Shown: positions 22,318 to 34,916 of the stretch, piece after piece
Position numbering within the stretch: the first letter of the stretch is position 1
How the letters are laid out: each line of letters starts with the position of its first letter
Source: Octopus bimaculoides
Taxonomy: Eukaryota
NCBI RefSeq assembly: GCF_001194135.2
Contig: NC_068989.1
Span: 47,924,164-47,968,059, forward strand
Direction: 5' to 3'
DNA: 43,896 bases
The notes under the pieces: generated by a model
Told to the model about the DNA's origin: nothing
The model's input: the letters and a program-made list of their open reading frames with translations, nothing else
Database searches by the model: none
Position numbers and translations under genes: made by a program

Positions 22318-24125
22318 TTCACATACACACACATACATACACACTCACATACATACATACATACATACATACATACATACATACATACACACACACTCAC
22401 ACATAGCAATACAATCTACGGATCAGAAGGCACACAATACACACCAGAGGCCAGACATTTCAACGACTAAAGCCCAATACGAGACATGACAGATGATACG
22501 TAACATGCAAAATACACAAAGAACTCGGCTCAATATAGATACTACTTAATGCCATATTTTACACATAATTCAGTATAGACGTCATACAGCGCAATAAAGA
22601 AAAATAAGAGTCACCACATTATACATCACTTACCTTGTAGCACAGTATGTAAGTTCTAAACAGATGAATACACATCTAAGTAGTGCACTAAATTTATCTC
22701 TTATTTAACAATAAATGTTTGTCCATCTAACATAAAGGAAACGAGTGGTGTGACATATCCTCAGGCATGAGCGGCTGATTGGCTCTACCATCAGGGATGG
22801 CGATATGTTGGGAATAAAACTAGATAAGAGAGGGCTACGTTGAGTCACTTCTATTTGAAAATATGTGCCTATGAACAACATCGATATTTAACAAGAGGAA
22901 AAATTCCCAGTGAAACCACCAGTGATTATTGAAAACAGTAAAACAAGAGAAATAAACCTTACCATTACCTGGATTGACTACTGAAATTGGCAATGATTCA
23001 AATGTCTGCATACTAAAAATATGCTACATAAATAAAGCAAGCCCTATAATTATTAACTATGTCAGTCACGTCATCAAAATGGAAATCAGCTACATCGCTA
23101 CAAAGCATAGAAGATATTTACATCCCGATTTCTACTTATGGAGACTCATTACCCACTGTATTTTTTCAATGGTTTATTCGGAACCATAACGATTAATGAT
23201 TCTCTGTCCATTATAATTTCAAAATCTTCTGAACCTTCTTTTGCAAATAAAGGGATTATTTTGACGCTTTATTACCACGTTTTGTACTTGGTAACGAAGA
23301 TCATAAAAACAATGTTATACTCGATAAAATAATCCGAACCAGATTTAACATTGTTTAACATTTAACTCCTGGTTACATTTGTAGTTTATTTTCTGTGAAC
23401 TGAATTTATTTTCAAAGGTTTCCCAATTAAGATCCGTCTTGTTATTTCAGGTGCACTGGAAGAGTTAACAAAATATTTATATACTTACACAATATTTATG
23501 TCTTCCTTTCATGAAAGTTTCTTTGAGTTATTTTATTAGAAAATAATGACTCTAATAATGATTTAAAATAGTTGTTTTAAAAATCAATTATAACGTTGTT
23601 GTCTTCAGTTCTTCGTTACTTGAATCAGTTCATTCAAAGATGGGATTCTCTCCTGAGAAATCTTTTTGTTTGGGAAATTATGTTATTATTTTAATATACT
23701 TTCCTCATACACACAGAAAATGAATGAACTAATAATTGAACTACTTATATGGCGAAATACAAAGGTGTCAAGTACCAGAGGGAGAGATTTTAATTCGCAC
23801 GATTTGGGTGGCAACGCGGTGTCCTTACAGTCGTTTCTTGAGAAACAACGCTAGAAGGCTATGTGTAAGTAACTGGTTTGCCTACGAAGTATGACTCACT
23901 CACGAAAGAGAAAGGTAATGTTGGAAAATTTCTTTAAAAACTTGACTTAGAACAGTAGGTTAAGGTATGTGTAAAGCAAAGCAAAATCAACTTAGTATAC
24001 AATGATTACTATTGCAACGCTGGTCATTGTGCAAACTGCAACTATAACTCGTTCATGTGTTAAAAACATTTTCTCTTTTCAAGCCATCTTTTTTTACCCC
24101 CAAAACTACGTACGATTGTCACATA

Positions 24126-24127
<2 letters not shown>

Positions 24128-24204
<77 letters not shown>
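24128..24204. repeat. (TG)n microsatellite; similar tracts at 16927-17007, 25497-25614, 26948-27070 and 41502-41583
   Basis: Direct reading. Confidence 0.95.
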
Positions 24205-24206
<2 letters not shown>

Positions 24207-24390
24207 CCTATGCTTTATAAAACATACACACGTTTCGGCAAATTACTGCCAAAATTGCATAATTGATTTTTGAACCGTTACATAGACTTTTCAGCGTTTA
24301 GCAAAATATAATATACAGAATGATGTCAAATTAACTCAATGTACATTTTCATTATACAAATTATTACCAATACCAGTGGCACAGTGCGAA

Positions 24391-24707
24391 GGTCCGTGAC
24401 TTTGTGGTTTATGGTATTCGGCTAACTATCGTAGGGTCGTGAGTTCGATTACCGGCGGCATGTTGTGTGCTTCAACAAGACGCTAAATTTCACATTGTAC
24501 CAGTTCACTCGGCTGGCAAAAATGAGTAGTACCTGTATTTCAAAAGATTAGCCTTGTCACATTCTGTGTCACGCCGAATCTCTCTACGTCTAGGTTAAAG
24601 GTATATGTCTGTAGAGTACTCAGCCACTTACACGTTAATTTCACGAGCAGGCTGTTGCGTTGTTCGGATCGACTAGAATCTCCGTCGTAATAGCCGACGG
24701 AGTATCA
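24391..24707 (+). mobile_element. SINE family B
   Basis: gtcgtgagttcgattacc B-box and tgtgtgcttcaacaagacgct CORE-like block; colinear with the other two copies. Confidence 0.88.
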
Positions 24708-25494
24708 GTGACACAATATAGTAGAAGATAAACAAAGAAAGCACAAAGTGGTTGTCCTTTTATTTTTATTTTTCACTTCTCTCTGTTAAATACGTTGGAA
24801 ATTGTATGAGTATATAAGAATAAGTAAGAATGTCTGCCCACTTGGATACGAAAACACGTGAACTCCAACCTAGCCAACATCACTTTATAAAATATGTGTA
24901 TGTGCGTGTATATATGAAGTCGATGCATTTGTATGGATTTGTGTTCACGAGTAACATATCGGCGTAGTCTCCTCCATGCTCGTGAATGGGGTTCAACTTC
25001 CTTTCGAATGACAGCTAGCACAACACTGTTGAAATATACAAAATTTTCCTTTGAAACAGCGATGAGGTCATTACGAAGTTAAGAATAATTGAAATAAAAA
25101 GAAATGAACAAATAATTTAAAATACGTATAAATTAATGAATGAAATTAAAGAATATATGAATAAATACAACAAAATAAAATAGAAATATACACCTCTCTG
25201 TCAAGAACTGACTGCTTGAAATCTCAGCACATTTTTCTAAATGCTAAAAAGTCGAAGTTCGAAATTATATTCGAAAAACATTATCCTCATTAAATATATA
25301 TTAATCATTATCATTAGTAATATTTACAGAGTAGATACATTTCTTTTTTCTTTCAATACGTTGCATTGTTAAATTGTTTTTGTTAACTTCCTATTTATAA
25401 TACTTCCATCACAAAAGTTTGACGTAAATCACACACTTTTTCATTGTTTTGCTGTCTTTTTACTTCTGCTGTGTTTTGCATTTCATTATGTATG

Positions 25495-25571
<77 letters not shown>

Positions 25572-25620
25572 TTGTGTGTGTGTTTGTGTTTGTGTTTGTG
25601 TGTGTGTGTGTGTGTAACAT

Positions 25621-26092
25621 ATTAAAAAGAATGGTTATTAGCAATTAGAACCTAAAGGTAAAATTAATAGATGTCAGAAAAGTGACAGACGATACTGACT
25701 AGCACCGCTTTTGCTAAAAATAAGAGTTAAAACAACACAAAAGCCACAAGAGCACTGTGTTAATGACTGACAAAGGGAGGTAAGTCCTTAACGACTAGGG
25801 TTAAACTCAGCTTGTTCTGGTAATCTTATAAGAAAAACCGCTGAAAACATTTGCTGTTTTTCAAAATGACAAAAGTGTAAACAACAAATTACAAAGGGTG
25901 ACTTATTAGCAATTACAACCTAAAGACAAAATTAAGATCGGTCTCAAAAGTGACAGAGGGTACTAACTAGCACCGCTAAAAATAAGGGTGCTTGACGTAC
26001 CCTTATCAGACGGGTAATCATGATGGGCTTACTGGGCTTTGTATATTTTACCCCAGTACCAATTACTCTCTCACCCAGTCAATGATAATAAT
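25621..26092 (+). mobile_element. LINE 3' UTR (probably REL/R4-Dong type) with an internal ~90-bp direct repeat (25635-25726 and 25903-25988)
   Basis: Ends with tacccttatcagacgggtaatcatgatggg...ttttaccccagt...ctctc...aatgataataat, which I recall as a common octopus LINE 3' end with an AAT tail. The direct repeat is read directly. Confidence 0.6.
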
Positions 26093-26107
26093 GTACATGC
26101 CCACGCC

Positions 26108-26155
<48 letters not shown>

Positions 26156-26322
26156 GGCACACACGAAACATAAATACATTTCTACAAACATAAATGTGTC
26201 CGTGTATAAATTCCTACATAGGTAACATGAACATTCGGTTAAACACACACGCATGCACACAATCAGATATACTCATGAACGAGCGCACAGATACAGATAT
26301 ACAAACACAGACACACACACAC

Positions 26323-26368
<46 letters not shown>

Positions 26369-26795
26369 ACACAGATGCAGCGACACGTACGCACAGAAAC
26401 ATTCGTTCATTTACACACAGAAGGGTTAGGTGGAGTAGTACAATAGAGGAAGGGGGAGAGATGAGACAGAACACGAGATGGTGTGAGAGGAGTAGCAGGA
26501 GGAACGGATTGACTGATTAAAATAGAAAACTGCGTTTGTTGACAACAGTCGATCATTCAGAAGCAACGATGACAAATGTTGTAGAACTCTCAATAACATC
26601 ATTAATTAGTTGTCCAGTGTTTGTGTTGGTTACTACTGATGTCTTCTCAGAAAATCAACAAAGCTAGATGTTATTAATAGCTTGCGTACAGGCACAATTT
26701 CACAAACAATTGCATACATAGCTATACAGACAAATATACACCGAAATATTCCGTATAGAAAAAGTACGTAAAAACACATAGATACACAATCACTT

Positions 26796-26945
26796 GTGAC
26801 TGTGTTAAATAGTTTGCTTCCCAAACCACATGGTTCTGGGTTCAGTCCGACCGCGTGACTCCTTGGACAAGAGTCTTCTACCATTGCCTCGAGCCGACCA
26901 AAGCCTTGTGAATGGATTTGGCAGACTGAAACTGAAAGAAATCCT

Positions 26946-26948
<3 letters not shown>
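26796..26948 (+). mobile_element. SINE family A, 5' half ending in an expanded (TG)n
   Basis: gcttcccaaaccacatggttctgggttcagtcc...gaaactgaaagaa. Confidence 0.85.
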
Positions 26949-27044
<96 letters not shown>

Positions 27045-27224
27045 CGTGCGTGTATGTGTGAGTGAGTGTGATGTAAGTGGAATAAAGTGAAACCAAATCA
27101 AAACAAGTGTAAAAGTAAAATGCATAATTGTGTTTTTAGCCTGGGTGTTTCTGTAAAATAGGACCTGTCAAAAAAATGTAGAACAAGATCATAAAGATGA
27201 AGCTTGTGTGTGTGTATGAATATT

Positions 27225-27263
<39 letters not shown>

Positions 27264-27303
27264 GCACACGCACGCACACACACACACACACACACACACA
27301 TAT

Positions 27304-27466
27304 GACAGGTTGATTTCTGTTTCCGTCTACTAAACATACTTAGAACGTATTGATCGGCTCAGGAATAATGTAGAAGACACTTGCTAAGGGAGCTGCGCAG
27401 TTGGCCTGAACCCATAATCGTATGGTTCGGAAGTAACCATTTTAACCACATTGTCACAACTGCGCT
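27304..27466 (-). mobile_element. SINE family A, degenerate 5' half
   Basis: tttccgtctac...tagaagacacttgc...ctgaaccc...atggtt matches the family A antisense. Confidence 0.7.
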
Positions 27467-27949
27467 TACTAGTTACAGAATCCTAAAACAAACTAGAATT
27501 TTTCTAGGTAGGTTAGATTACATTGGATTACATAGGATAATAGTTATATATAATATAGAATACATATAATTTATCTCTAATGCAGGTAAATCAACTCTTG
27601 AGAAATGTGGTAATATAACTTCACTTTCAATGCTTAGCGCTTTGAAAGAGAAATAAATGGTAAAATGATGGTTTCTGGCAACTATTTTCGTATTTTAATA
27701 GTAAATATATTAAATCTGATATTACAATAATTACAGGTTAAAACACGTACATATGCACACACGCACATACACACACAATTATATATTCACAGAATATGTG
27801 TTCGTGTTACTGTGTGTGTGTATGTATGTGTACATACATATACACTCACATATATACATATACATGCATATGCATACTCTACATTCATATATTGATATAA
27901 TCAGATGCACATATAGGCGTGTGAGTGTGTGCCCGAGCGCATGCGTTAA

Positions 27950-28090
27950 AGGTTAACATCGAGAATATCAACAAAAACAGACATGAAAACCAGTTGGAAC
28001 GGTGTCTCAGTCAGCGAAAAATTTGAAGTCGTTGCAAGTATCTTTGACGTTCCGAGCTTAATACCTTTAGAAGAGTAGAGAGAAGAAAGC
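27950..28090 (-). mobile_element. Highly degenerate Penelope-like terminus
   Basis: tctttgacgttccgagct resembles gtctttgacgtttcgagct at 20145-20163. Confidence 0.35.
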
Positions 28091-28200
28091 GCATGTCAAT
28101 TAGAAGATAAATATTAACATAAATACAGAATAACACACGTTATACCTATATACATAAGAAATAGTGTATGATATCCATAACAAAATAATAATAGATGAAA

Positions 28201-29525
28201 TACTGATTTCAAATTTAGGCACAAGGCTAGTAAATTAGTGGGAGGGGATAAGTCGATTCCATCGACCACAGTGTTCAGCTGGTACTTATTTTATCTACTC
28301 CGAAATCATTTAAAGCAAAGTCGACCTCTGTGGAATTTGAACTCAGAGCGTAAAGACGGACGAAATGCTGCTAGGCATTTTGCTCAACGTTTCTGAAGAT
28401 TTTGCCAGCTCGCCATCCTGAAATAATAGATGAAACATTGATTTCATATTTTGACACAAGTCCAGTAAATTTGCAGGAGAGGTTAAGTCAACTACATCGA
28501 CCCCAGTGCTCAGCTGGTACTTATTCTATTGAGCCCGAAAGGATTACCCCACAAAGCCGACCTTAGAGGAATTTAAACTCAGAACGTAAAGACAGACGAA
28601 ACGCCGCTAAGCATTTTGCCCCGATGCACTAACGATTCTTCCGGCTGACCGCCTTGCAATAATACAAGAAATATTAATATAAAAAATATTACAACTGAGG
28701 ATGACATAACAAATACAACTAATCATAGAAATATAAAATCATACAGGTATATGATATACCTGTATACTGTATTATAAATAGCTAGATAGTTGATTAAATC
28801 ATCTCTAATATCCACTTGTTCTGAAGTCTATCATCCGCAGAAAGATGAAAAGCATTTGTGACTTAATGTTGATGTGAATTCAGAACGTAAAAGGCACTTA
28901 AGTAAATACTCTGCGATCTTTTGGTCGGCTTCATATTGATTCAGTGAATCTGCTGATTTGATTCGGGAATTAAGAATATTTTATAACAAAGGTATAAGAC
29001 TAAGAGTTTTGAAGGATGGGATGGGGTGAAGATGTTTAATCGAGTACATCGTCTTTAGCATTTAACTCGTGCGTTGTCTTGCAGGTCCCAGAAGTATGTA
29101 AGTTAAAGTTGGTCACAGCGGGACTTTGAACTTGGAACATAACGAACTGTAATTAAACACTGAGAGACATTTTGCCCGACCCTCAAGTGATCAAGCTTAT
29201 CAATTGCTCTGATCTGTGAATTAACACTCTATTGCTCGTTTTTATGTGTAAGTTACATTTTAACCGTTTTAAATACACACACACACACACACAAACACAT
29301 GTATTCACAAATATAAACAGGAACAAATAAGAACATGTCTATTGAGAAATACTGGTTGATGATTTAGGGACAAGGCCAGTATTTTGTGGGGAAAGAGGCT
29401 ACCTGTGACATCATTCACTGGCACTGTACTGTATCGATCCCAAAGGAAAAATAAGCAAATCTGGCCTTGAAGAGATATGAACTCAGGGCACAAAGAGCCA
29501 GAGGAAAATTCTACAAAGTATTTAT
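28201..29525 (-). mobile_element. Head-to-tail cluster of five SINE family C copies (28201-28419, 28437-28655, ~28789-28957, ~28975-29200, ~29340-29525)
   Basis: Each shows the ordered blocks acaaggc / gtcgat..catc / cttatt..atc / gaaagg / aaagtcgacc / tgaactcag. Copies 3-5 are much more degraded. Confidence 0.75.
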
Positions 29526-29918
29526 TTGTTTCTTTTTCTCCCGATACCTCAATAGTACTACTAAACCGCTGCCTTCATCTGTAAATTAATATATTACGCT
29601 TGTTTTTCTGTGTATCTCTCATTTTAACGGTACATTCACACAGATTCATAAATATAAACGAGGGCAAATAAGAAAATATTTATTACGGAATATTGACAAA
29701 TAGAAACAAGCAGTGATGTGATGTGAAGTGAAACTTTTCTGTGTAATTTATTGGTTAACATGATAATAAATGAGGAGGCGGGGAGTTTATTACAGACATA
29801 GTATAGAAAGAGAATTGGGAAATAGATTTATAGCATGATGGATTTCGTTTGTGTTGTGTATTTTAAGTGCACATAATTGTAGATTTAGTGGTGTGTTTGG
29901 GTATTAGTGCGTGACTCG

Positions 29919-29961
<43 letters not shown>

Positions 29962-31320
29962 GAAACGTATGCGTTTTAGTACATACTTATGTATTAATAT
30001 TTGCGTTAATTGATTGTATATGTGTATATGCGTATGTAATCAGTTATTTGTGTATGTATGAATCTGTACGTCTGAATGTATGTGTGTATGTGTGTGTATG
30101 TCTGTGTGTGTGTGCGTGTGTGCGTGTGTGCGTGTGTGCGCGGGCATGTGATGAATGTGAGCGTGTGTGCGTGTGCGTGCGTGTGTGCGTGTGTGCGTGC
30201 GTGTGTCTGCATGCATATATATATAGAAAGATATGCATACATACATGTTTGCATGTATGACTTATGTATGCATATATATGCATATTTGAAGAGTTATATG
30301 TGTGTGTGTGTGTGTATGTATGTATATATATATATATATATATATATNNNNNNNNNNNNNNNNNNNNNNNNNNNNNNNNNNNNNNNNNNNNNNNNNNNNN
30401 NNNNNNNNNNNNNNNNNNNNNNNNNNNNNNNNNNNNNNNNNNNNNNNNNNNNNNNNNNNNNNNNNNNNNNNNNNNNNNNNNNNNNNTATATATACACATA
30501 CACATACGCAAACATATATACATAATTGCATGGATGCATTTGTATATGTATGTTTGATGTTCTCGCTTGGCTGATTTAAGTGGAACGAATTAAAGATAAG
30601 AAACATGTGAAGCCTCGCCAAATTAGCCTAAATTAAACTGCACTAGACGACCTGAAACGAACACATTTTTCCTTCAATAGAATTACAGCTTTTTCTTCCT
30701 TAGATGTCTAGGATAAATGATAACCCAATATTTGCCGTTACGCTTGCTCGGAAATTACGTACCATATAGTAAACAGCCGCTAGTTTGGCCTCGCTGGGCA
30801 AGTTGTATGAAATCAGAAATCTTAGTACACAGGCTATTGGTAATGATAAAGCGAATGTAATTACAGCATTAAAGACATAATGAAAACGTAATTTTGTGTA
30901 GAAAAAATTATTAAGTTTTTGTATATTGACACAATGGAAGTATATTAAACAACGGTCATTGGAATGGTGTAATTGATGAAAAGACATAACTAAAAATTTC
31001 AAAATCGTAATATAAGTATTGGTATGAATTGATTATAGTAATTGATTATGTTAATTTATGAGTGTAAATTTCATCTGATATATTTAGAAACTCAGAGGAA
31101 TTTTCTTTTTTTCTCATATATATATTTGTGTGCTTTAAAATCTATTTGATATGACGCTTTCGTTAATTAATTTCGATACCTTTATACTCCCGCGCAGATA
31201 TAGATGCCCTCTCGGTCCTTCCAGTCCAACCGAATATACAGGATGTCATGGACAGAGCGAAAGCTGCACTAACCTGATACTCATCTTCAGCTGAGTAGAC
31301 TGGAGGAATTTTTATTTCCG

Positions 31321-31628
31321 GATGTACCTGGTCGTACCGATTTACTAAGTCATGATATTGATGTTGGTGATTCAAAACCTGTTAAACAACATCCTTATCG
31401 ACCTAACCCACTCAAGTGGGAACATCTCCGAGAAGAGGTCAACTTCACATCATTGAACCAAATGACAGTGGGTGGAGCTCACCGTGCATCCTAGTACCGA
31501 AGCTTGATGGTACGTTTCGCTGTTGTACAGACCTGAAGCGTGTGAACTCTTTGTCTAAGACAGATTCATACCCCATACCAAGAATTGATGACAGTTTAGA
31601 TAGAATCGCTCAAGCCAAATATGTAAGT
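31321..31628 (+). pseudogene. Ty3/Gypsy pol fragment (pre-RT region and RT N-terminus), frameshifted
   Basis: DVPGRTDLLSHDIDVGDSKPVKQHPYR / IIEPNDSGWSSPCILVPKLDGTFRCCTDLKRVNSLSKTDSYPIPRIDDSLDRIAQAKYVS contains the typical WSSP.ILVPK.DG..R.C.D.R..N and D.YP.PRIDD motifs. Confidence 0.92.
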
Positions 31629-31889
31629 GTCTTCTGCAACAGCCCTGTTATACGGAGGCTGTGGAAGTCCGTCATGTGTGTGAGTGTGTGTGTGTGTCAA
31701 AAACACCGTATGAAACTGGTGTTGGTTTGTTTACGTCTCCGTAACTTATTTGTTTGGCAAAAGAGACCTATAGCATACTACCAGACTTTAGAAATAAGTA
31801 GTGAAGGCTATTATGTTCAACCAAACACTTAAAAGTGATGCCCCTGCTTGGCCGCAGTTCAATGACTGAAATAAGCAAAGGATAAAAGG
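31625..31889 (+). mobile_element. SINE family A, degenerate, lacking the head
   Basis: tggtgttggtttgtttacgtctccgtaactta...ggcaaaagagacc...ggccgcagttcaatgactgaaataag. Confidence 0.8.
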
Positions 31890-33451
31890 TTATAAATCAG
31901 GTGACATCAGTGATAATATTTTAAGTTTCTTTTTCACTATGTTGAAATGTATTCTATTAGCTTATAGTAAGAAGAGCAATGTGTTTGTCTCTTTTCAATA
32001 CATATAACACTGGTGAGAGAAAGCTATCGTCAGACCAGTAACGTAGCTTGCAAGCGTGGAGACTACATTAAAAGGCGCCCGTGGCCCAGATGGGAGCGTT
32101 AAACCCACCGGTAGATCAAGGAACAGCCCCTAAAACAGGCTTTTGTCCACCAGCATTATTATATTTACAAAATTTTTGTTATCTTAAGGCTGAAGTTAAA
32201 AAAAAAGAAAAAAATCGTACCTAAATAGATATATTCTGAGATCGAACCCGAAACTATCATGATTCAAAGTTAATTTACTAAGCCATACATCCATGCCTCT
32301 GTCTCTAATGAATCACAAATACTTCAATAATGCTATCTTTGACTGTTTTCCAATTACATGATTCAATGTACCCGATTACCTCATCACCGTTTTTATTTCC
32401 CAGACATTCAAATTGTTCTTCCTTCTTTATAAAGACTTTCATTTGGAATTCTTTCTCCTGTTTTTTTTTTATTTCTTTGCCATAGTCCAAAACTAATATT
32501 AACTACACTAATTTCACTTCACCTCAAACAGTTCTGGATATTTTCAAGGATCCACACGTTTGATCGAACAAATAGAGTTAAGCTATATAATCCACCACCA
32601 AACAAAGCAAACTATTAAAATGTTTCTACAGACGTTATCTAAACCGGAAGCAACTTTACAAATACAGCACTTCACTTTACTGTTTTTGATCGCTTCAAAA
32701 TGGTTAGTGTAAATATGGTATTTTAAACTCTCATATCAAATGTTGGTTTATTTTTACAAAGACGCGAAGGCCCTATTTTCTACAAGAAGTGATAAGGATG
32801 TTTTGACATCTATGCCTTCCTACTATCATTAAAGTAAATAACTTCAACCAAAGCTTGAAACTACGCAAGAGTTTCGGCTTACCGCAGCTTATCACAGACT
32901 CCTTATGTCCTTGTTTTAAATATTTGTTAGTTTATGTGCTTTGATATTTTTTCAAAATATAATACCAGTTGAGTACTGAGGCAAATTTAATCGATTATAT
33001 TCCTCTTCTAAATATGTGACTTCGTGCTAATTTTAGAAATCTTTAAATATCTATGCATCAGTATTTTTTTCGTTTATAAGAATAGCAACGTTTTAATAAA
33101 TGTCCTTGAAAATTAGATAAGTATCTAACGATTTGAATATATATTCTGTAACTTGCAACTCTTCCTTGAAAAGAATCAGAATTTTAAAATTAAACTTCTC
33201 TAAAAGAAATCAAAGCCGTGGTGCAAATTTAAATACCGGCCATTTATTCAAAGTTTCCATCTTCTGTTTAATCCTAATTTTATTTTCCAAACCGAACAAT
33301 TTTTGCTTAAAATTAGCCTTCTTCGTTATTTCATCAACGCAAGCCCAAATACCTGATTTCACGCATTCTGTATATTCAAAATAAAACAAATATTCTGAAA
33401 CCTACAAATGTTATATATGCTTAACCTATTTTCCCTTCCTCTTTTCCTATC

Positions 33452-33490
33452 AATTCCTGACGAAGGAGAAATTTCCGAAACGTCAATATA
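33452..33490 (+). ncRNA. Minimal hammerhead ribozyme motif (Penelope type) with an intact core
   Basis: CTGACGA-a-GGAG-aaat-TTCC-GAAAC-GTC; helix I is weak (att/aat with one extra C). Confidence 0.55.
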
Positions 33491-33699
33491 TCTTTCTTTA
33501 CCACTTTGGTATCGTATATAGGTATAGCCTATGCTTCTTTTTGAGTTTAATTTTGGCTCATAATTTGGCCTCACAAAGAAGGATCGAGACGTTTCGAAAG
33601 ATATTAGCGATGTAAATGAAACGAAGCAGTTTCACATGAAAATTGAAATTGGTTTATTTTTAACTTATGTGACCACAATCATCTTAAATTTAAAAAAAA

Positions 33700-34245
33700 T
33701 AATTTATCGATGAGCCATAAATGAAGACTTTATGTGGCTCTGAGGCCTGCTAAAAACAGCAAGCAAATTTACCGCAAAGCAGATGCTACTGTCTTAAAAA
33801 TTGAGGGAGACATTGGATAATGTATCAGAAAAAATACGGCAGTTATGACTGAAACAACTTTATTAATATCTTGTTCTTCGTTGACCTGAGGATTAATAAC
33901 GACCTTCTATATTAAAATAGAAAGGACACATGTAGCAATAGAGTCCTCTCTATATAAGATATAAGGGATGATCATAGCAGGAATGCCTTTGATCATTTCC
34001 TCAACCAGTGTGAACATGGGTTTAATAACAACTAGATGCATGTTCTTACACTGTCACTCAACTTGTGAGAGAAGGATGCTAAATCTCGCACAAATAACAA
34101 ATAAATCTGCACATGGGCAATGAAGATCTTCATAAACTATGTCTGAAAAAATAAAAGACTTTTATTATCGCAGCAGATCATATGTTTTCCTGTTCGATTT
34201 CAGAACTGAATTAAAGATAATGATCAGTAACAAAGGAACTGATCT
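33700..34245 (+). mobile_element. Degenerate interspersed repeat, probably SINE 3' portions (two pieces)
   Basis: tgtggctctgaggcctgcta...ctactgtcttaaaaa...gacattggataatgta...ggaatgcctttgatcat recalled as an octopus repeat; not verifiable within the window. Confidence 0.35.
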
Positions 34246-34699
34246 AACAGCTTTTTGTAAGGTCACTCTAAGAACACATTAGATGTGCTTGGGTTTATAT
34301 CTCGCATGTCAAAGTAAACTTCCATTATCGCTCTTGTAGAAATTCAAATAAAATAACATATCGACTTGTATTACACACGAAGACTTACATCCCTTCGGTG
34401 ATTAATTATATAGACAGTTTGTATAAAACATATGGATAGGGAATAATATAAAAAAGGAGTAGCTTACTTTAAAATAGGCCATTAAGATCTAAGAAGAATC
34501 AATGAACGGCACTAGCAGAATTGCTAAATGACTTTTCATAAAGCGATGTATCTTCTCAGTGCTATCCACTTGTCTCGATAAGTTTTAAGCAAATGACAGA
34601 TGAAAGCGATCGTGTTATAGAGCTGTAACCACTAGTGGTTTCAAAAGCTATAATGTGAAAAAGTATAGTTGATAGATTAAACTGAATTTTTAAAAACAT

Positions 34700-34916
34700 T
34701 TATTTGTTCAACTGATAACGCGAAAGGGCACAGAACATCAACAAATGAACCGACCACTTTGGAATCACAAAGTAGACTGCGTCTTTATTCCTAAGACGTA
34801 AACCCACGCTATATGGTCTTTTGTCATTCGTAGGAGACAAACCGACTCTTTTCACATACAGACGAATATCAATTAAGGCAGATGCTCGTTTCAATATCCT
34901 GTTGCTTTCGGAGTAT
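34700..34916 (-). CDS. Candidate exon: YSESNRILKRASALIDIRLYVKRVGLSPTNDKRPYSVGLRLRNKDAVYFVIPKWSVHLLMFCALSRYQLNK*
   Basis: gattttcttag| acceptor and one open frame of 71 codons; phase-compatible with a 31-nt candidate exon at 35172-35142. Confidence 0.22.

Noticed and set aside
23448-23545. Plus-strand acceptor ttgttatttcag|GTGCAC and other isolated plus-strand splice-like sites (13230, 23830-23865, 30703)
   Set aside because: Short frames with early stops and no consistent plus-strand exon chain.
25635-25988. Direct repeats with a spacer, superficially CRISPR-like (likewise the SINE cluster at 28.2-29.5 kb)
   Set aside because: Two long diverged units in a eukaryotic LINE UTR; no constant short repeat array and no cas genes.
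31163-31375. 70-aa minus-strand ORF
   Set aside because: Antisense to the Gypsy fragment.
32870-32905. Hammerhead-like words (also 24228-24255 and 33585-33600)
   Set aside because: A GAAAC with partial helix II is present, but the CUGANGA core or the cleavage triplet is missing.
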